DNA of 51,471 nt from an uncultured bacterium (lineage in GTDB: Bacteria; UBP7; UBA6624). Positions 1 through 11,300 of this stretch are shown piece by piece. The number at the start of each line of letters is the position of its first letter. The first letter of the stretch is position 1. The notes beneath the pieces are model-generated. The model saw nothing but the letters and a program-made list of their open reading frames with translations, was not told where the DNA came from and made no database searches. Position numbers and translations under genes: made by a program. The DNA lies in contig CAXGSM010000009.1 of assembly GCA_964012435.1 (NCBI GenBank), forward strand, positions 1 to 51,471, written 5' to 3'.

Positions 1-284
1 GCTTTTGTTGGCTTTTTTGACAAACCAGCAAGATTCAACTTTTTCATTAATCTAGAAGATATTCTTGAGGCTTTATTTTTATGTATAACCCCTTTAGATG
101 CTGAATGAGCAGCTAAAGACACAGCCTCTCTTACAAAGTCCGGAGAGTTTTCTGATTTTGAAATAATAGCTTCTTGAGCTTTTCTTAAAGCAGATCTCAA
201 TTTAGATCTATGCTGCCTGTTCAAATCCCTTCTCTCTAAGGCTTGTCTAGCCCTCTTGTTTAAAGCACCAATTGGTTTTACCAT
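1..284 (-). CDS. rpsT: 30S ribosomal protein S20 (3' end runs off the window)
   Basis: Not in the ORF track. Manual translation from ATG 284 gives MVKPIGALNKRARQALERRDLNRQHRSKLRSALRKA...SASKGVIHKNKASRISSRLMKK, with the S20 motifs KR.RQ and KGVIHKNKA.R..SRL. Confidence 0.95.
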   Translation of the reverse strand, partial: MVKPIGALNKRARQALERRDLNRQHRSKLRSALRKAQEAIISKSENSPDFVREAVSLAAHSASKGVIHKNKASRISSRLMKKLNLAGLSKKPTK

Positions 285-301
285 CCCTCTATTGTAACTC
301 C

Positions 302-1450
302 TTAGTTCCTAAAAGCATCCATTCCAGTTAATAATCGCCCTATCAAAAGCTTATGCACTTCTGTTGTTCCTTCGAAAATTGTTAAAACTCTAGAATCTCT
401 ATAAAATCTTTCAGCTGGAAATTCGTTTGAATATCCATAGCCTCCATGAACTTGAACACATCTATCGGAAGCCTTGACAGCAGATTCACTAGTGAAAAGC
501 TTTGTTATTGCTGCTTCTTTTGTAAATCTTTTTGAATCTTCTAGCATTTTTACCGCCTTCTCAAAAAGAAGCAAACCTGATTCTAGATTTACAGCAACAT
601 CTGTAATCATTTCCTGTATAAGCTGAAAAGATGCAATCGCTTTTCCAAACTGCTCTCTTTCTTTGGAGTATTTAACCATCGAATCAAAAGCTGCCCTGTG
701 TATGCCTAAAGAAACAGCGGAAATCCCCAATCTGCCGTAATCAAGACCTTCTAAGGCAATTGAGAGACCTTTCCCTGGTTTCCCTATGATCATTGAATCA
801 GGAATAACAACCTTGTCAAAAACTAAAATTGAAGAATCACTAGTTCTCATTCCAAGCTTGCCTTTAATTTTTTCACTTGAAACATTGTTTGAATCATGTG
901 GGACCAAAAAAGCAGAAATCCCTAAATCTTTACCATTTTGAATGGTGTTTGCATAGAGAATGCTGAAATCAGCAATAGAACCAGAAGTAATCCACATCTT
1001 CTCTCCGTCAATTATCCAATTTCCATTATCCCAAGTTGCAGTTGTTTTCATTGAAGAGGGGTCGCTTCCAGCATGATTTTCAGTTAAAGAATATGCGCCT
1101 ATTACATTTCCTTTTGCTATTTTTGGCAACCATTCTTTTTTCATCTCTTCAGAACCGTTTCTCAAAATCACCCCTCCACAGAGGCCTGAATGCACTGAAA
1201 TTGTTACAGCCATGCCAGGGTCAAAATAAGATAGTTCCTGAATTGCTGCCAAAAAAGCAGAAGGAGGTAGCCCCAAACCGCCAAATTCCTTAGGAAAACT
1301 TAAACCCACAATGCCTTTAGAAGCCAATTCTACAAAAACATCTTTCCTAAAAAGTTCCTTTTCATCCGCTTCGATTAAGCCAGGCTTTAATAATGTTTCA
1401 CCTAGTTTTGAAGTTAAATTTCTAATCTTTTCTACAACTTGATTCTCCAT
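302..1450 (-). CDS. Acyl-CoA dehydrogenase (short/branched-chain type)
   Basis: Motifs YSLTENHAGSD, GEKMWITSG, KLGMRTS, REQFGKAIASFQ, QVHGGYGY, IFEGTTEV. Confidence 0.95.
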   Translation of the reverse strand: MENQVVEKIRNLTSKLGETLLKPGLIEADEKELFRKDVFVELASKGIVGLSFPKEFGGLGLPPSAFLAAIQELSYFDPGMAVTISVHSGLCGGVILRNGSEEMKKEWLPKIAKGNVIGAYSLTENHAGSDPSSMKTTATWDNGNWIIDGEKMWITSGSIADFSILYANTIQNGKDLGISAFLVPHDSNNVSSEKIKGKLGMRTSDSSILVFDKVVIPDSMIIGKPGKGLSIALEGLDYGRLGISAVSLGIHRAAFDSMVKYSKEREQFGKAIASFQLIQEMITDVAVNLESGLLLFEKAVKMLEDSKRFTKEAAITKLFTSESAVKASDRCVQVHGGYGYSNEFPAERFYRDSRVLTIFEGTTEVHKLLIGRLLTGMDAFRN

Positions 1451-1455
1451 GATGC

Positions 1456-2076
1456 TTATTGTATATTTTTAATTGGAAATGAATACATTATCAAAGGCTC
1501 TGATTTTGACAAATCATTCTCTTTTATCGAATCAAAATAACCCCATATTGCCTCAAATTGAGGAAGCATAATTTTTTCAAAATGAACATTTTTCAAAGTT
1601 AAAATCTCATCAAAATGGTCGCCGATACATAAACCTGGTTTTTGCTTAATCTTTTTCACAAGATCAGACTTGTTAGCAACATTAGGGTTCCCTCCATTAA
1701 ATGAATAGAACATATCATTTCTAATTGAATTCATAATTGTCCAACAGGGTTTTTTGCTGCCGTTTGAAAAATAAATAACATCTAAGCTAGAAACTGTTTT
1801 GAATTTTAATTTCCTTCCTTGAGAGAAACCTTTTATCCATGAAAAAGCTATCCTTAAACCCATAATTGATCCTGGACCGTTGACAAGAATGATACCTTTT
1901 ATTTTTTCCAAATCCCTATTAAGACAACTTAAAAAATCATCAATTTTTAATAAATTTTCAAAAAGAAGATTTGATTGAAAAACCTTAGAGGCGATGATTG
2001 AGTCTTTTTCAGCAATTGAAAAACCTGAAAAAGGACCTGTTGGGTCTATTATGAGCCAAAGACCTTTATCTTTCAT
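1456..2076 (-). CDS. tsaB: tRNA threonylcarbamoyladenosine biosynthesis protein TsaB
   Basis: NGPGSIMGLRI matches the TsaB GPGS(F/Y)TGLRI motif; follows tsaE. Start placed at ATG 2076, overlapping the tsaE end, rather than the track start at 2112. Confidence 0.85.
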   Translation of the reverse strand: MKDKGLWLIIDPTGPFSGFSIAEKDSIIASKVFQSNLLFENLLKIDDFLSCLNRDLEKIKGIILVNGPGSIMGLRIAFSWIKGFSQGRKLKFKTVSSLDVIYFSNGSKKPCWTIMNSIRNDMFYSFNGGNPNVANKSDLVKKIKQKPGLCIGDHFDEILTLKNVHFEKIMLPQFEAIWGYFDSIKENDLSKSEPLIMYSFPIKNIQ

Positions 2077-2476
2077 CTTGCAAAGAAATACGCCTTTCAC
2101 CATTAAATTCATCGATATTAATTGCTACAAAACCATCAGATATATCAGATCCCCATTCAACAAATATTAGATAAGGGTCTTGCTCTAAGTACTCCATGAT
2201 GAATGCTTGTAGGAAGCTTTTATTTTTTTTATATTTATAAAAATCAACATGAACAACAAAGCTGTCAGGTATCAGATAGATTAAGGCACTTAAATAAGTT
2301 GGAGATTGAACATCATCCACAGAACCACCCAAAGCTTTAACAAAACCTTTAACCATTTCTGTTTTACCTACCCCAAGATCACCATTGAGAAATACAACAT
2401 CGCCTTTCTTGAGGTTTGTAAGAATTTTCTCAGCTGCTTCATGCGTGTCGGCAACACTATTACTTATTGTTACCAA
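2066..2476 (-). CDS. tsaE: tRNA threonylcarbamoyladenosine biosynthesis ATPase TsaE
   Basis: P-loop GDLGVGKT, VQSPTY, HVDFY, FVEW. Confidence 0.95.
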   Translation of the reverse strand: MVTISNSVADTHEAAEKILTNLKKGDVVFLNGDLGVGKTEMVKGFVKALGGSVDDVQSPTYLSALIYLIPDSFVVHVDFYKYKKNKSFLQAFIMEYLEQDPYLIFVEWGSDISDGFVAINIDEFNGERRISLQDER

Positions 2477-3363
2477 ATTATTTCACTCCCTTTGCCATAC
2501 CAACTAGGGATATTTCCTTCTTCCATTTTTCCAATAATTGAAAAAGGGAGATTTAAACTCTTAGCAAGATTTTTTATTTCTTTTTTATTTTTTTGATCAA
2601 ACGTCAAAAGAAATTCATAATCTCCACCTTGTGTATAAAACATTTCAGGATTTAATTTCAAATCACAAAATATTTTTTTCATAAATTTAGAACATGGGAT
2701 TTCTGAAAAAATATTTGGTTTTAGATTTGATTTACGGCAAATATTAGCAAGATCGAAACCAATCCCATCAGTTATATCAGTCATTGCTGAAACATGCCTC
2801 GCAACCTTTATTGGAAAATCAATATTAGGACAAGGCTTTAGAGCCTGCTCTACAAAATCACCATACCCTTTGATCTTGTTGATGGCCAGATACCAACCTA
2901 AAGGTCTGCTGCCCAGCCATCCAGTAACACCTATCAAATCTCCTTTCTTTGCTGAAGATAATCCAGGGCCAATAGCATCAAAGCCTATAACTGAAATTGA
3001 AAGGACAATATCACTAGAAGTTTGTGAAAGGTCTCCTCCGACAACATTTAAATTGAAATATTTTGAAACATCGTTTAGGGCTTTTACGGCTTTTTTTATA
3101 ATCAAATCATTAGTTTTCTTCGGAAAGCAAAACGAAGCCATGATCAATTCTGGATTCGATCCAACAGCTGCAACATCAGTTATAGCCCCTGCAACAGAAT
3201 TCCAAACACCTTCTTCAATCCAGTTAGCTCTATCTAAAAGGAAATGTCTTCCCTGTATTGAAGAGTCTACTGACATAGCAATGCCACCTTTCTCCCAGTA
3301 AGCATCGTCTCCGGTTAAAGGAAACATTTGCTTTATCAAATTTATGACATCTGTTTCCTTCAT
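2470..3363 (-). CDS. thiL: Thiamine-monophosphate kinase
   Basis: GDDA, GRHF, TDVAAVG, VVGGDL, AMTDITDG, GGDYEFLLT; the thiL-tsaE-tsaB order is common. Confidence 0.9.
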   Translation of the reverse strand: MKETDVINLIKQMFPLTGDDAYWEKGGIAMSVDSSIQGRHFLLDRANWIEEGVWNSVAGAITDVAAVGSNPELIMASFCFPKKTNDLIIKKAVKALNDVSKYFNLNVVGGDLSQTSSDIVLSISVIGFDAIGPGLSSAKKGDLIGVTGWLGSRPLGWYLAINKIKGYGDFVEQALKPCPNIDFPIKVARHVSAMTDITDGIGFDLANICRKSNLKPNIFSEIPCSKFMKKIFCDLKLNPEMFYTQGGDYEFLLTFDQKNKKEIKNLAKSLNLPFSIIGKMEEGNIPSWYGKGSEIIW

Positions 3364-3372
3364 TCAAAAACT

Positions 3373-3834
3373 TTAACTATCTTTAGCGACCTTTTCAAGA
3401 GCGCTAAGCAAAGCTTCAAGATTCTCAATAACAACCTTTTTTATGAGCTTGTCTATAAGGGGACCAACCAATGGAACTCCTGCGTCATACTCTAAGGATA
3501 TAGAAGACTCGCAACCATTTTCAACATCTTCAAATGTCCAGATTCCGTTATACACCTTAAATGAGCCCTCAATTTGAGTAAACTGGCACTTTCTTTTTTT
3601 GACATCCCATGAGTCTTCCTCGACCCAACTCAAATCTTTTTTAATCGGTCCTGCTTCAAGCACCCCGTCCCAAGCAACTGTTTGCATAATAAAACCCTTC
3701 TTTTCTTTCTTTTTTAAAATCTTAACAGATTTCACTCCTGGCATTTCTTCAGCAAGGATTTCGGGATTCATTGAAAGCTCTATAGCCTTCTGTGAATCGC
3801 AATCTATAAATTTAGATACTTTGACGGTGTCCAT
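3373..3834 (-). CDS. SRPBCC/START-fold (polyketide cyclase/dehydrase-like) protein
   Basis: 153 aa with PGVKSVKIL, W.E, F.Q.EG.F....G.W.F and a C-terminal amphipathic helix typical of SRPBCC. Confidence 0.8.
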   Translation of the reverse strand: MDTVKVSKFIDCDSQKAIELSMNPEILAEEMPGVKSVKILKKKEKKGFIMQTVAWDGVLEAGPIKKDLSWVEEDSWDVKKRKCQFTQIEGSFKVYNGIWTFEDVENGCESSISLEYDAGVPLVGPLIDKLIKKVVIENLEALLSALEKVAKDS

Positions 3835-5174
3835 AAAAAATCTTCAAAAAGTGACTGGAAATGTCTTAACTTTTTTGCCTCCTTTTTAAATTTTACAACA
3901 GGTAAAGAATCCTTATTTTCAGAAATTATTTCAAAAGCTTGTTTTATGTATACAAAATGGTCACTAGTATAAGTTCTACGTGGAATTGCTAATCTTAAAT
4001 ACTCACCTGGACAAGAAATCTGTCGACCTTGGTTGTCTCTACCAGCACACAAGCTGCCTATTTCAGAAGTCCTTATTCCAGCAACCAAATAAAGTGCCAG
4101 TGAAAGAGACTGAGCTGGAAAATCATCATTTTTTAAATGTTTTAACCATTTACCAGCATCGACATAAACTGCATGTCCTCCTGGATTAACACAAGGAACA
4201 CCGATGTCAGTTAAAAGATCATAAAGAAATTTAATTTCATTAATTCGGTGCTTTAAATATCTAGGCTCCAAAGCTTCTCGTAAACCAACAGACAAAGCAT
4301 TCATATCTCTACCAGCTAAACCTCCATATGTTATAAAACCTTCTTTTAAAATTTCCAGTTCAACCAATTTTTCATATTTCTCTTTATCGCTTTTGTCTTT
4401 TAAGGCAATAAATCCACCAATGTTAACAAGTCCATCTTTTTTTGAACTCATCCATGCTCCATCACTTAGTGCACAAGTTTGAAGTGCACAATCTTGAGGA
4501 CTTTTGCCTTCTCCATGCAGGTACTGGAAGTAACTATTCTCAGCAATTCTTGCCATGTCAATCCACATTTTTACATTATAGGAATCAGCAACCTTTTTAA
4601 CTTTTTTCAAATTATTTAAACTAACAGGCAAACCGCCTGCACTATTGCAGGTCACTGTTGCAACAATAAGGTCGATATCTTGATTTTTTAAAAGATCCTC
4701 AAGCAAACCAATATCAAAATTGCCACCAAAAACATCATTACCCTCATCTAGGCAAGAAAAAATATTCATTCCTGATTCAAGGGCATGTGCTGTAGTGGTG
4801 TCAAAAAGATGATTGCTAACTACGCCCTTTTTTTCTTTTCCAAATGCTGAAAATAAAATATCTTCTGCCGCTCTTCCCTGATGTGTTGGTATAACAACCT
4901 TATATCCAAATAAATCTTTTACACTTTCCTTTAAAGCGTAAAAAGATTGGCTTCCTGCATAAGATTCATCTCCAGAAAGAATAGCAGCCCACTGATTATG
5001 GCTCATTGAACCTGTTCCAGAATCGGTTAAAAGATCAATTGTTACAAGCGATGATGAGACATTGAAAAGGTTATAGCCTGAATCAATTAAAGCTTTTCTT
5101 CTTTCTTCTGGCGATGGATTAGGTATAGCTTCAACTGCCTTTATCTTCCATGGAGATGGATTATTTGAGCTCAC
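3804..5174 (-). CDS. tnaA: Tryptophanase (PLP beta-eliminating lyase)
   Basis: DLLTDSGT, PTHQGRAAE, MSSKKDGLVNIGG (PLP lysine), RLAIPRRTYT. C-terminal LRHF is TnaA-like, whereas tyrosine phenol-lyase has LRFF. GTG start. Confidence 0.85.
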   Translation of the reverse strand: MSSNNPSPWKIKAVEAIPNPSPEERRKALIDSGYNLFNVSSSLVTIDLLTDSGTGSMSHNQWAAILSGDESYAGSQSFYALKESVKDLFGYKVVIPTHQGRAAEDILFSAFGKEKKGVVSNHLFDTTTAHALESGMNIFSCLDEGNDVFGGNFDIGLLEDLLKNQDIDLIVATVTCNSAGGLPVSLNNLKKVKKVADSYNVKMWIDMARIAENSYFQYLHGEGKSPQDCALQTCALSDGAWMSSKKDGLVNIGGFIALKDKSDKEKYEKLVELEILKEGFITYGGLAGRDMNALSVGLREALEPRYLKHRINEIKFLYDLLTDIGVPCVNPGGHAVYVDAGKWLKHLKNDDFPAQSLSLALYLVAGIRTSEIGSLCAGRDNQGRQISCPGEYLRLAIPRRTYTSDHFVYIKQAFEIISENKDSLPVVKFKKEAKKLRHFQSLFEDFLWTPSKYLNL

Positions 5175-5495
5175 TTATCTATTTGAAACTCTGCTTTTCT
5201 TTTCCCTCAATAAAGCAACTGCCAAATATTGGTCAAAAATGTCATCCAGTGAACCAACAGCAGAAATTGCTGTGTTCCTGTTTACAAGCGGGCCAAATTT
5301 TCTTTTTATAACGTCATCTAAAGACTTCAGTCCATTTTGTCCTAATTCTTTTTTTGACATATTTGCAAAAATATCCCTGTGTTTAAAAAACAGTTTTCCA
5401 TCCTCCTCATATACGACACCTGAAAATTGAAAATCCTGAAGCTCTGAAAGCCTTCTATATTCAATAACAAATTTCCTACGAACTCCACCCAACAT
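5175..5495 (-). CDS. Hypothetical protein
   Basis: 106-aa ORF exactly filling the gap between the peptidase and tnaA; its stop abuts the tnaA start; TATAAT lies upstream. Confidence 0.7.
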   Translation of the reverse strand: MLGGVRRKFVIEYRRLSELQDFQFSGVVYEEDGKLFFKHRDIFANMSKKELGQNGLKSLDDVIKRKFGPLVNRNTAISAVGSLDDIFDQYLAVALLREKKSRVSNR

Positions 5496-5511
5496 AAGAG
5501 GATATTATATT

Positions 5512-6576
5512 TTAGAAAAAATCAGAAAAGACATCAATTCCTAAATTGATAACCTTTTTTTGAAAAATAATATATGAATCTTCAATTCTTACTCCATATT
5601 TATCCTTGATATAAATTCCAGGCTCTATTGTTATTGCCATTCCCTCAAGCATAACATCTTTTGAATTTTGAGCCAAACGTGGCTGTTCATGAACTTCTCT
5701 CCCTATCCCATGACCCAATGAATGTCCAAAAAAGTCACCATAACCAAATTTACTTATAACATCTCTTGCTGATGTATCAAGATCATGACCAGAAACACCA
5801 GCAAACAAATGTGCCTCAGCTTCTTTTTTTGCATTTTTCACAATATCAAAAACCTTCTCAAGACTTTCAGTTGGTTTTTTACCAGGAACAACCCATGTTC
5901 TTGTCATGTCACTTGCCCAACCATCCAAGCAAACACCCAAGTCAAGGGTTAATGGCTCTCCTGGTTGAAGAATTTTATCTGTAAATGATGCATGTGGCCG
6001 AGATGCATTTTTTCCTGAAGCAACTATTGGTTCAAAAGCCATTTTGGAAGCGCCGTTCTTTACAGCATATGAAATAATCTCAGCAGCTAAATCCCTTTCT
6101 GAAACGCCAGGTTTAACTATTTCTCTAATATGTTTGAAAAGATCAGCATTAAGTTTGGCGCTTTCTGTCAAGCCAGTAATTTCATTTTTATTTTTTATGG
6201 ACCTGATGAAATCAATTTGCTCATCAATGGCAACCAATTCAGCATTTAAGTTTTTTTCTAACATTTCTTTCTGGCTTTGCGAATTTCTTGAAGAAAGATA
6301 ACCAACACGCTTAACCTTTTCATCAGAAAAATAATCTAAAGTATTTTTCAAAAGATTACCAGTCGGAGCACAATAAACATCAATATTTTTGGCTTTTAAA
6401 TCCTCAGCTATCTCATGATATCTAAAATCAACACCCAAGACAGCTCCAGAATTACCAATCAAAAGAGCACCTGTTGAACCTGAAAAACCCGCAAACCATA
6501 AAAGATGAACAGGGTCTAAGAAGACAACAATATCCAAATTTGAATCATTTATTATTTTTTGAACTTTATCAAACAT
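5512..6576 (-). CDS. Xaa-Pro peptidase (M24B, aminopeptidase P/prolidase family)
   Basis: Creatinase_N-like N-terminus (AGFSGSTG, DFRY); DLG, SDMTRT, HSLGHGIG.EVHE.P, TIEPGIY, GVRIED. Confidence 0.95.
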   Translation of the reverse strand: MFDKVQKIINDSNLDIVVFLDPVHLLWFAGFSGSTGALLIGNSGAVLGVDFRYHEIAEDLKAKNIDVYCAPTGNLLKNTLDYFSDEKVKRVGYLSSRNSQSQKEMLEKNLNAELVAIDEQIDFIRSIKNKNEITGLTESAKLNADLFKHIREIVKPGVSERDLAAEIISYAVKNGASKMAFEPIVASGKNASRPHASFTDKILQPGEPLTLDLGVCLDGWASDMTRTWVVPGKKPTESLEKVFDIVKNAKKEAEAHLFAGVSGHDLDTSARDVISKFGYGDFFGHSLGHGIGREVHEQPRLAQNSKDVMLEGMAITIEPGIYIKDKYGVRIEDSYIIFQKKVINLGIDVFSDFF

Positions 6577-6618
6577 CTATATACAAATTCTAGAAGATTT
6601 AAATTAATATTAAAAACA

Positions 6619-7311
6619 ATGGAAAATTCAATGTTTGATTATTGGTTTTATATTTTGCCAGCTTTCATGCTGGGCTCAATACCTTCAGGATACCTTTTAG
6701 GAAAAATATTATTCAAGAAAGATATACGACAATTTGGTTCAAAAAATATTGGATCAACAAATGTTGGAAGAACTTTTGGTTCAAGGTATGGCTACATCAC
6801 ACTTTTTCTAGATATGCTAAAAGGCTATCTTGGTGTTTGGGTTTCATACAATTTGCTAACTTCAAAATACATGCTATTAGAAAATCCTCGACCTGAGGAA
6901 ATGAATTTAACAATCTCACTTTTGCCTCTTTTCGCAGTTTTAGGTCATGCTTATTCTCCTTTTATGCAGTGGAAGGGAGGCAAAGGTGTTGCAGCAACAT
7001 TTGGATCATTCATTTTTTTTAACTTTGAATACATGCTAATCTGTCTTTCTGCTTATCTAATAACAATTAAAAAATCAAAATTTGTTTCCCTTGGATCAAT
7101 CATCTCAACCTGCTTGCTTCCATTAACTTCTTATCTTTACCTTAAGAAAAATTTAAAAATAATCCATGGAAATGGGAATTATTATTTTGGAGCTAACGAC
7201 TATATTCCATACGTGCTTGTTCAAACATTACCTATAATCATTTTAGTCATGTTTCTACATAGAGAAAATATAAAAAGACTCAAGCAAGGTGCCGAGAATC
7301 AAATAAAATGA
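6619..7311 (+). CDS. plsY: Glycerol-3-phosphate acyltransferase PlsY
   Basis: LGSIPSG, DIRQFGSKNIGSTNV.R, DMLKG, GHAYSPF, GGKGVA, HRENIKRL. Start is 6619 or 6631; the track start at 6559 overlaps the divergent gene. Confidence 0.95.
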   Translation: MENSMFDYWFYILPAFMLGSIPSGYLLGKILFKKDIRQFGSKNIGSTNVGRTFGSRYGYITLFLDMLKGYLGVWVSYNLLTSKYMLLENPRPEEMNLTISLLPLFAVLGHAYSPFMQWKGGKGVAATFGSFIFFNFEYMLICLSAYLITIKKSKFVSLGSIISTCLLPLTSYLYLKKNLKIIHGNGNYYFGANDYIPYVLVQTLPIIILVMFLHRENIKRLKQGAENQIK

Positions 7312-8288
7312 AAGTTCATGTAGCTGGATTTGGATCATGGGGGATAGCCTTCTCAAACCTTTTAGCAAAACAAAATGCTGATGTAACAATACTTACAACA
7401 AATTTTGAAGATCCTGAAGCTTTCAATAATACAAAATTACACCCTTTGTTTAAAGGTTTAAAATTGCAAAAAAATATAAAAGCAGCAAGCAAAAAGCAAG
7501 ATTTAGGGAAACCTGATCTTTTAGTTTGGGCTGTACCAACAAAATTTACCAAACAGTGGCTGAATGAAGATTTTGTAAAACGGTACTCAAATGTAGACAT
7601 TCTCGTTTTGTCAAAAGGGTTATCCCCTGAAGGTTTTGATCCAATTGGAAATTGGCTTAATCATTACCTTAAAAATGACATTTACATTCTCTCTGGGCCT
7701 AATTTTGCTACCGAAATCATCCATGGAATGCCAGCAGCAACCGTAATTGCTGGTGAAAAAAGACCTGCTTCAATAGAGAGAATAATGAAAACAAGCTCTT
7801 TGAGAACTTATTACTCTAATGATATTCTCGGTGTAAGCCTGGGCGGTATATTAAAGAATGTTTATGCTATAGGTTCAGGTATGGTTGATGGTGCAAATTT
7901 AGGAAAAAGTGCAAGAGCAGCAATGATATCAAGAGCACTTGTTGAAATGTCAAGAGTTTTTGAGCACTTCAACGCTAATAAAGAAACTTTATGGGGTCTT
8001 GCTGGGCTTGGAGACCTAATACTTACAGCAACAGGAAAAGATAGCAAGAATTGGCAACTAGGAAATCAAATTGCAAAAGGCTTAAGCCTCGAAGATGCTT
8101 TAGATAACCTAACCGGAGAAAGTGAAGGAATAAGAACTTTAAAAGGGCTTATTGAATTGTCAGAAAAAACAAATGTAGATATTCCTTTAGCTTGTGCAAT
8201 AAACAATGTCATTCATAAAGAACATACTGTAAAAGATGCAGTGAAAGACTTACTGCAAAGACCATCGAAAAAAACAGAAATTGAATGA
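7308..8288 (+). CDS. gpsA: NAD(P)H-dependent glycerol-3-phosphate dehydrogenase
   Basis: GFGSWG, SKG, SGPNFA.E, LKNVYAI, GLAGLGDL.LT; ATGA overlap with plsY. Confidence 0.95.
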   Translation: MKVHVAGFGSWGIAFSNLLAKQNADVTILTTNFEDPEAFNNTKLHPLFKGLKLQKNIKAASKKQDLGKPDLLVWAVPTKFTKQWLNEDFVKRYSNVDILVLSKGLSPEGFDPIGNWLNHYLKNDIYILSGPNFATEIIHGMPAATVIAGEKRPASIERIMKTSSLRTYYSNDILGVSLGGILKNVYAIGSGMVDGANLGKSARAAMISRALVEMSRVFEHFNANKETLWGLAGLGDLILTATGKDSKNWQLGNQIAKGLSLEDALDNLTGESEGIRTLKGLIELSEKTNVDIPLACAINNVIHKEHTVKDAVKDLLQRPSKKTEIE

Positions 8289-8294
8289 AGTTTA

Positions 8295-8321
8295 TGGGGA
8301 GTGCAAAACCTGCACTCCCCA
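8295..8321. terminator. Perfect hairpin between convergent gpsA and the giant gene; probable (possibly bidirectional) terminator
   Basis: TGGGGAGTGCA-aaacc-TGCACTCCCCA, an 11-bp stem with a 5-nt loop; U-tracts are weak. Confidence 0.75.
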
Positions 8322-8337
8322 ATATTTCATTTACCCC

Positions 8338-11300
8338 CTATTGAAAGCAGGAAGTTGAATTGCCCAGCGAATCAGAACCATCAAATATTTTAAAGAATAT
8401 TTCTTCACTGCTTTGACCACCTCTTCTGTTGTCTGTCCAGAGTGTAAAGATTTTGTCTCCAAAAATTTCTATAGAAGGGCTATGTTGAACATCTGGGCTT
8501 TCTATAGGATCACCAATTGAATAATCAGAAAGCTGCCATATTGGATTCATATTATCAGTACATCCAAGAGTAACTCTTTCAGTTGAGTTAGAAGCTGTAT
8601 CTGCCCAAGATATAGCGAGTATATCGTCAGAAATATCAGCACTTACTCTCAAGTAAAGAGGAGAAGCGCCTGAGCCGCTGTTGTTTACTTGGGAAGCGCC
8701 TGACCAACCTCTTCCTCTGTTTGTTGTTTTCTTGGTCAATGTCTGATTGGCTGTACTAAATGCAACAAACATATCAGGAGAAGTTGTGTTTGAGGTCTTT
8801 GAAACATCCGCTAAACTCGGATAAAGACCTGTATTAATTGTTGTAACATTTCTACAAACACCAGTAAGTGCATCTGAGCTACACGCAGCAGAATCAATAG
8901 CAACACCAAAACCAAACGAATCAAGATTAGCAAGATTAGTACCGCCTTGAGTGCTTCCTACAAGTTGGTCTTCATAATTCATATTAAACCAACCACCATA
9001 CTGACCAGTAACACCTTTAATAGCAGGGTCATCTGAAGTATGAACAAACCTGTTAAACATAACAGTATGTTCAGGATTGTTTGGTGGACTTGAATCAAAG
9101 AACAATGAATATTGACCGAAAGGCTCATTATCAGATTGGGCCATAACAGTCGAATCAGGTCTTTGATCTTCAGAATCAATCACCGACCATGCAGCCCATT
9201 GTCCAAGAGCTGAAGCGTGGAAGTCATTCTGGGTGTCCCCAACAGTTCCAACAGAACCACCGCTTGAAAGAATGTTTCCTGACTGTGCATGCCTTGTTGG
9301 AATTTGAAGGTTACCAATATAACCATCAGTAACAACAGTGAATGTTTTGAGTTCTTCAGTTCCAGTAAGCGTATCATCAGTATTTCTAATAAAAGTTTCA
9401 CCAATTGGCATTGGCTGGAAAAGAGCTCCGCTCCAATTTACATAGACCCTGGAAAGATCTCCATCCAAACCATTGACACTAGTTGGAATATCTATAACAT
9501 CACAAATGCTTCCTTGAACAAATACTTGACCACCTGCAAAAACTTCGACAGACTGTCCAATGTTATACATAGCAGCGTCCTCATCTTTAAGGAGGAATAC
9601 ACCACCCTCTGCTACCATTTCTCCAGTAAGCTGGTCTAGGACACCAAACTTACAATCTCCACTTCCAACTGCAAGATTTCCATTGTCCCAGAAAGTTTGA
9701 GGTATGTTAAGCAATCCTGTATCACATGGGTAAGGTGCAAATTGATTATCCTCATCAAAACACTGTGCGCCAGATCCATCACTTTGGACTAAAGCTGTAT
9801 GTGTTCCTTGGGTTGTTGCTCGAACTGCAAAATTCCACACACCCGCACTATCAATATCAAAATCAGAAACATCATCGGCTTGGTAATTGAAGTCATTGAC
9901 ATTCAATACATCATCATCATTACCTCCCCAGAACCAAGATCTTGAGTAGTGGAAATCCCATTCGAAACCAGTATTACTGTTAAAGCCACTTGATAGGGTA
10001 TCTCCATCTGGATCATAATGATCAGCGGAAAGGCTGATTGTGAATGGTGTTATTCCAAAAAGATCACCTTGTGTTTGTTCGATTATCCAAGCTACAGGTG
10101 GATTGTTAACAGTTAAACCGTTACCTACACCACCTAGATGTATAGGATTACCGTTTGCACAAACATGTTCATCTAATGTTGATGCTGTAGCACCACCATC
10201 AGAATATTCAATACAAGACTCTAAACTATAACCTTCATCAGAAGGATCTCCATCAGAAAGGTAAAGACTTGGCCTGAATGTAACACCTTGACCTGAAACA
10301 AGACATCTAAACGAATCAGAACCGTTTATGCCTTGGTCTCCTAGATCAGAATCGCCATTAGCAACACCTATCCTGTGACCTTCGTTTGCATTCCATATAG
10401 CCTTATTGTTACCAAAACCTGTTTGATAAGGCCAAGCACCGGAATCATCACATCTCCATTGTGGGACCTGATCTTTGTCATCACAGAAAGTTGTTCCATC
10501 AGGGCATATATCATCTCCAACTCCAGAATAATTAGCAAGTCCATCTTTGTCTATCGCTCCTGCACCATCACCAAACAAAATTGGGTCTCCATCCGGATCC
10601 CATGAGGAACGTGCTGAATAATCAACATCCCTAGAGCTATCACCTGAGAATACAGGATCTTGTATTGTCATATGAGCTAAAGGAATTCTATTTCTCCATA
10701 CAGTCATATCAAATGATGAAACATCCTCTCTTGCTGAAGCACAGCTTGCAATCGACTCTGTTTCACAAACTCTTACAGAAATATTTCTCTTAGCCATATA
10801 TGTTGAAGAATCACCTGAATCTGGCTCGTCTGTACCGTTCCATAAGGTATTACCTGAAACCTGAGTCCTACAAACATGCTCAAACCAACTTGGTTCAGCA
10901 AGCGGATCTGTACTTAAAGTAGAACCACTCATGTCTATAGAAAAATTGTTTGGGTCATTATCCCAATCACAATCAACCTGTACGAAAACATTCCTTCCGT
11001 AAGGATCAAGACTTCTTGAAGCATCCAAATGAACAACAGAGTCGAAAAGAACATCAGTAGGATCACAATTTGGCAACTCTGCAAAAGGACATCCTCCTGG
11101 GTTAGTTCCAGCCAATGGATTTAAAGGCTTAGGGAACATGTATGTTCCGTCTGCAAACACATCTAACAATTCTGCATCGGGAGACTTAAGGTCTGCTAAA
11201 CCTGGATCAGCATCAGCTTCCCAGAAATTTACCTGACTATCAGCATCACTTGGGAAAATAGCACTTTGAGGTCCTAGCTGCTCTATAACCCTAACGTTTA

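Noticed and set aside
1036..8047. Antisense or alternative-frame ORFs over acyl-CoA DH, thiL, tnaA, the peptidase, plsY and gpsA
   Set aside because: They overlap well-supported conserved genes and show no recognisable motifs.
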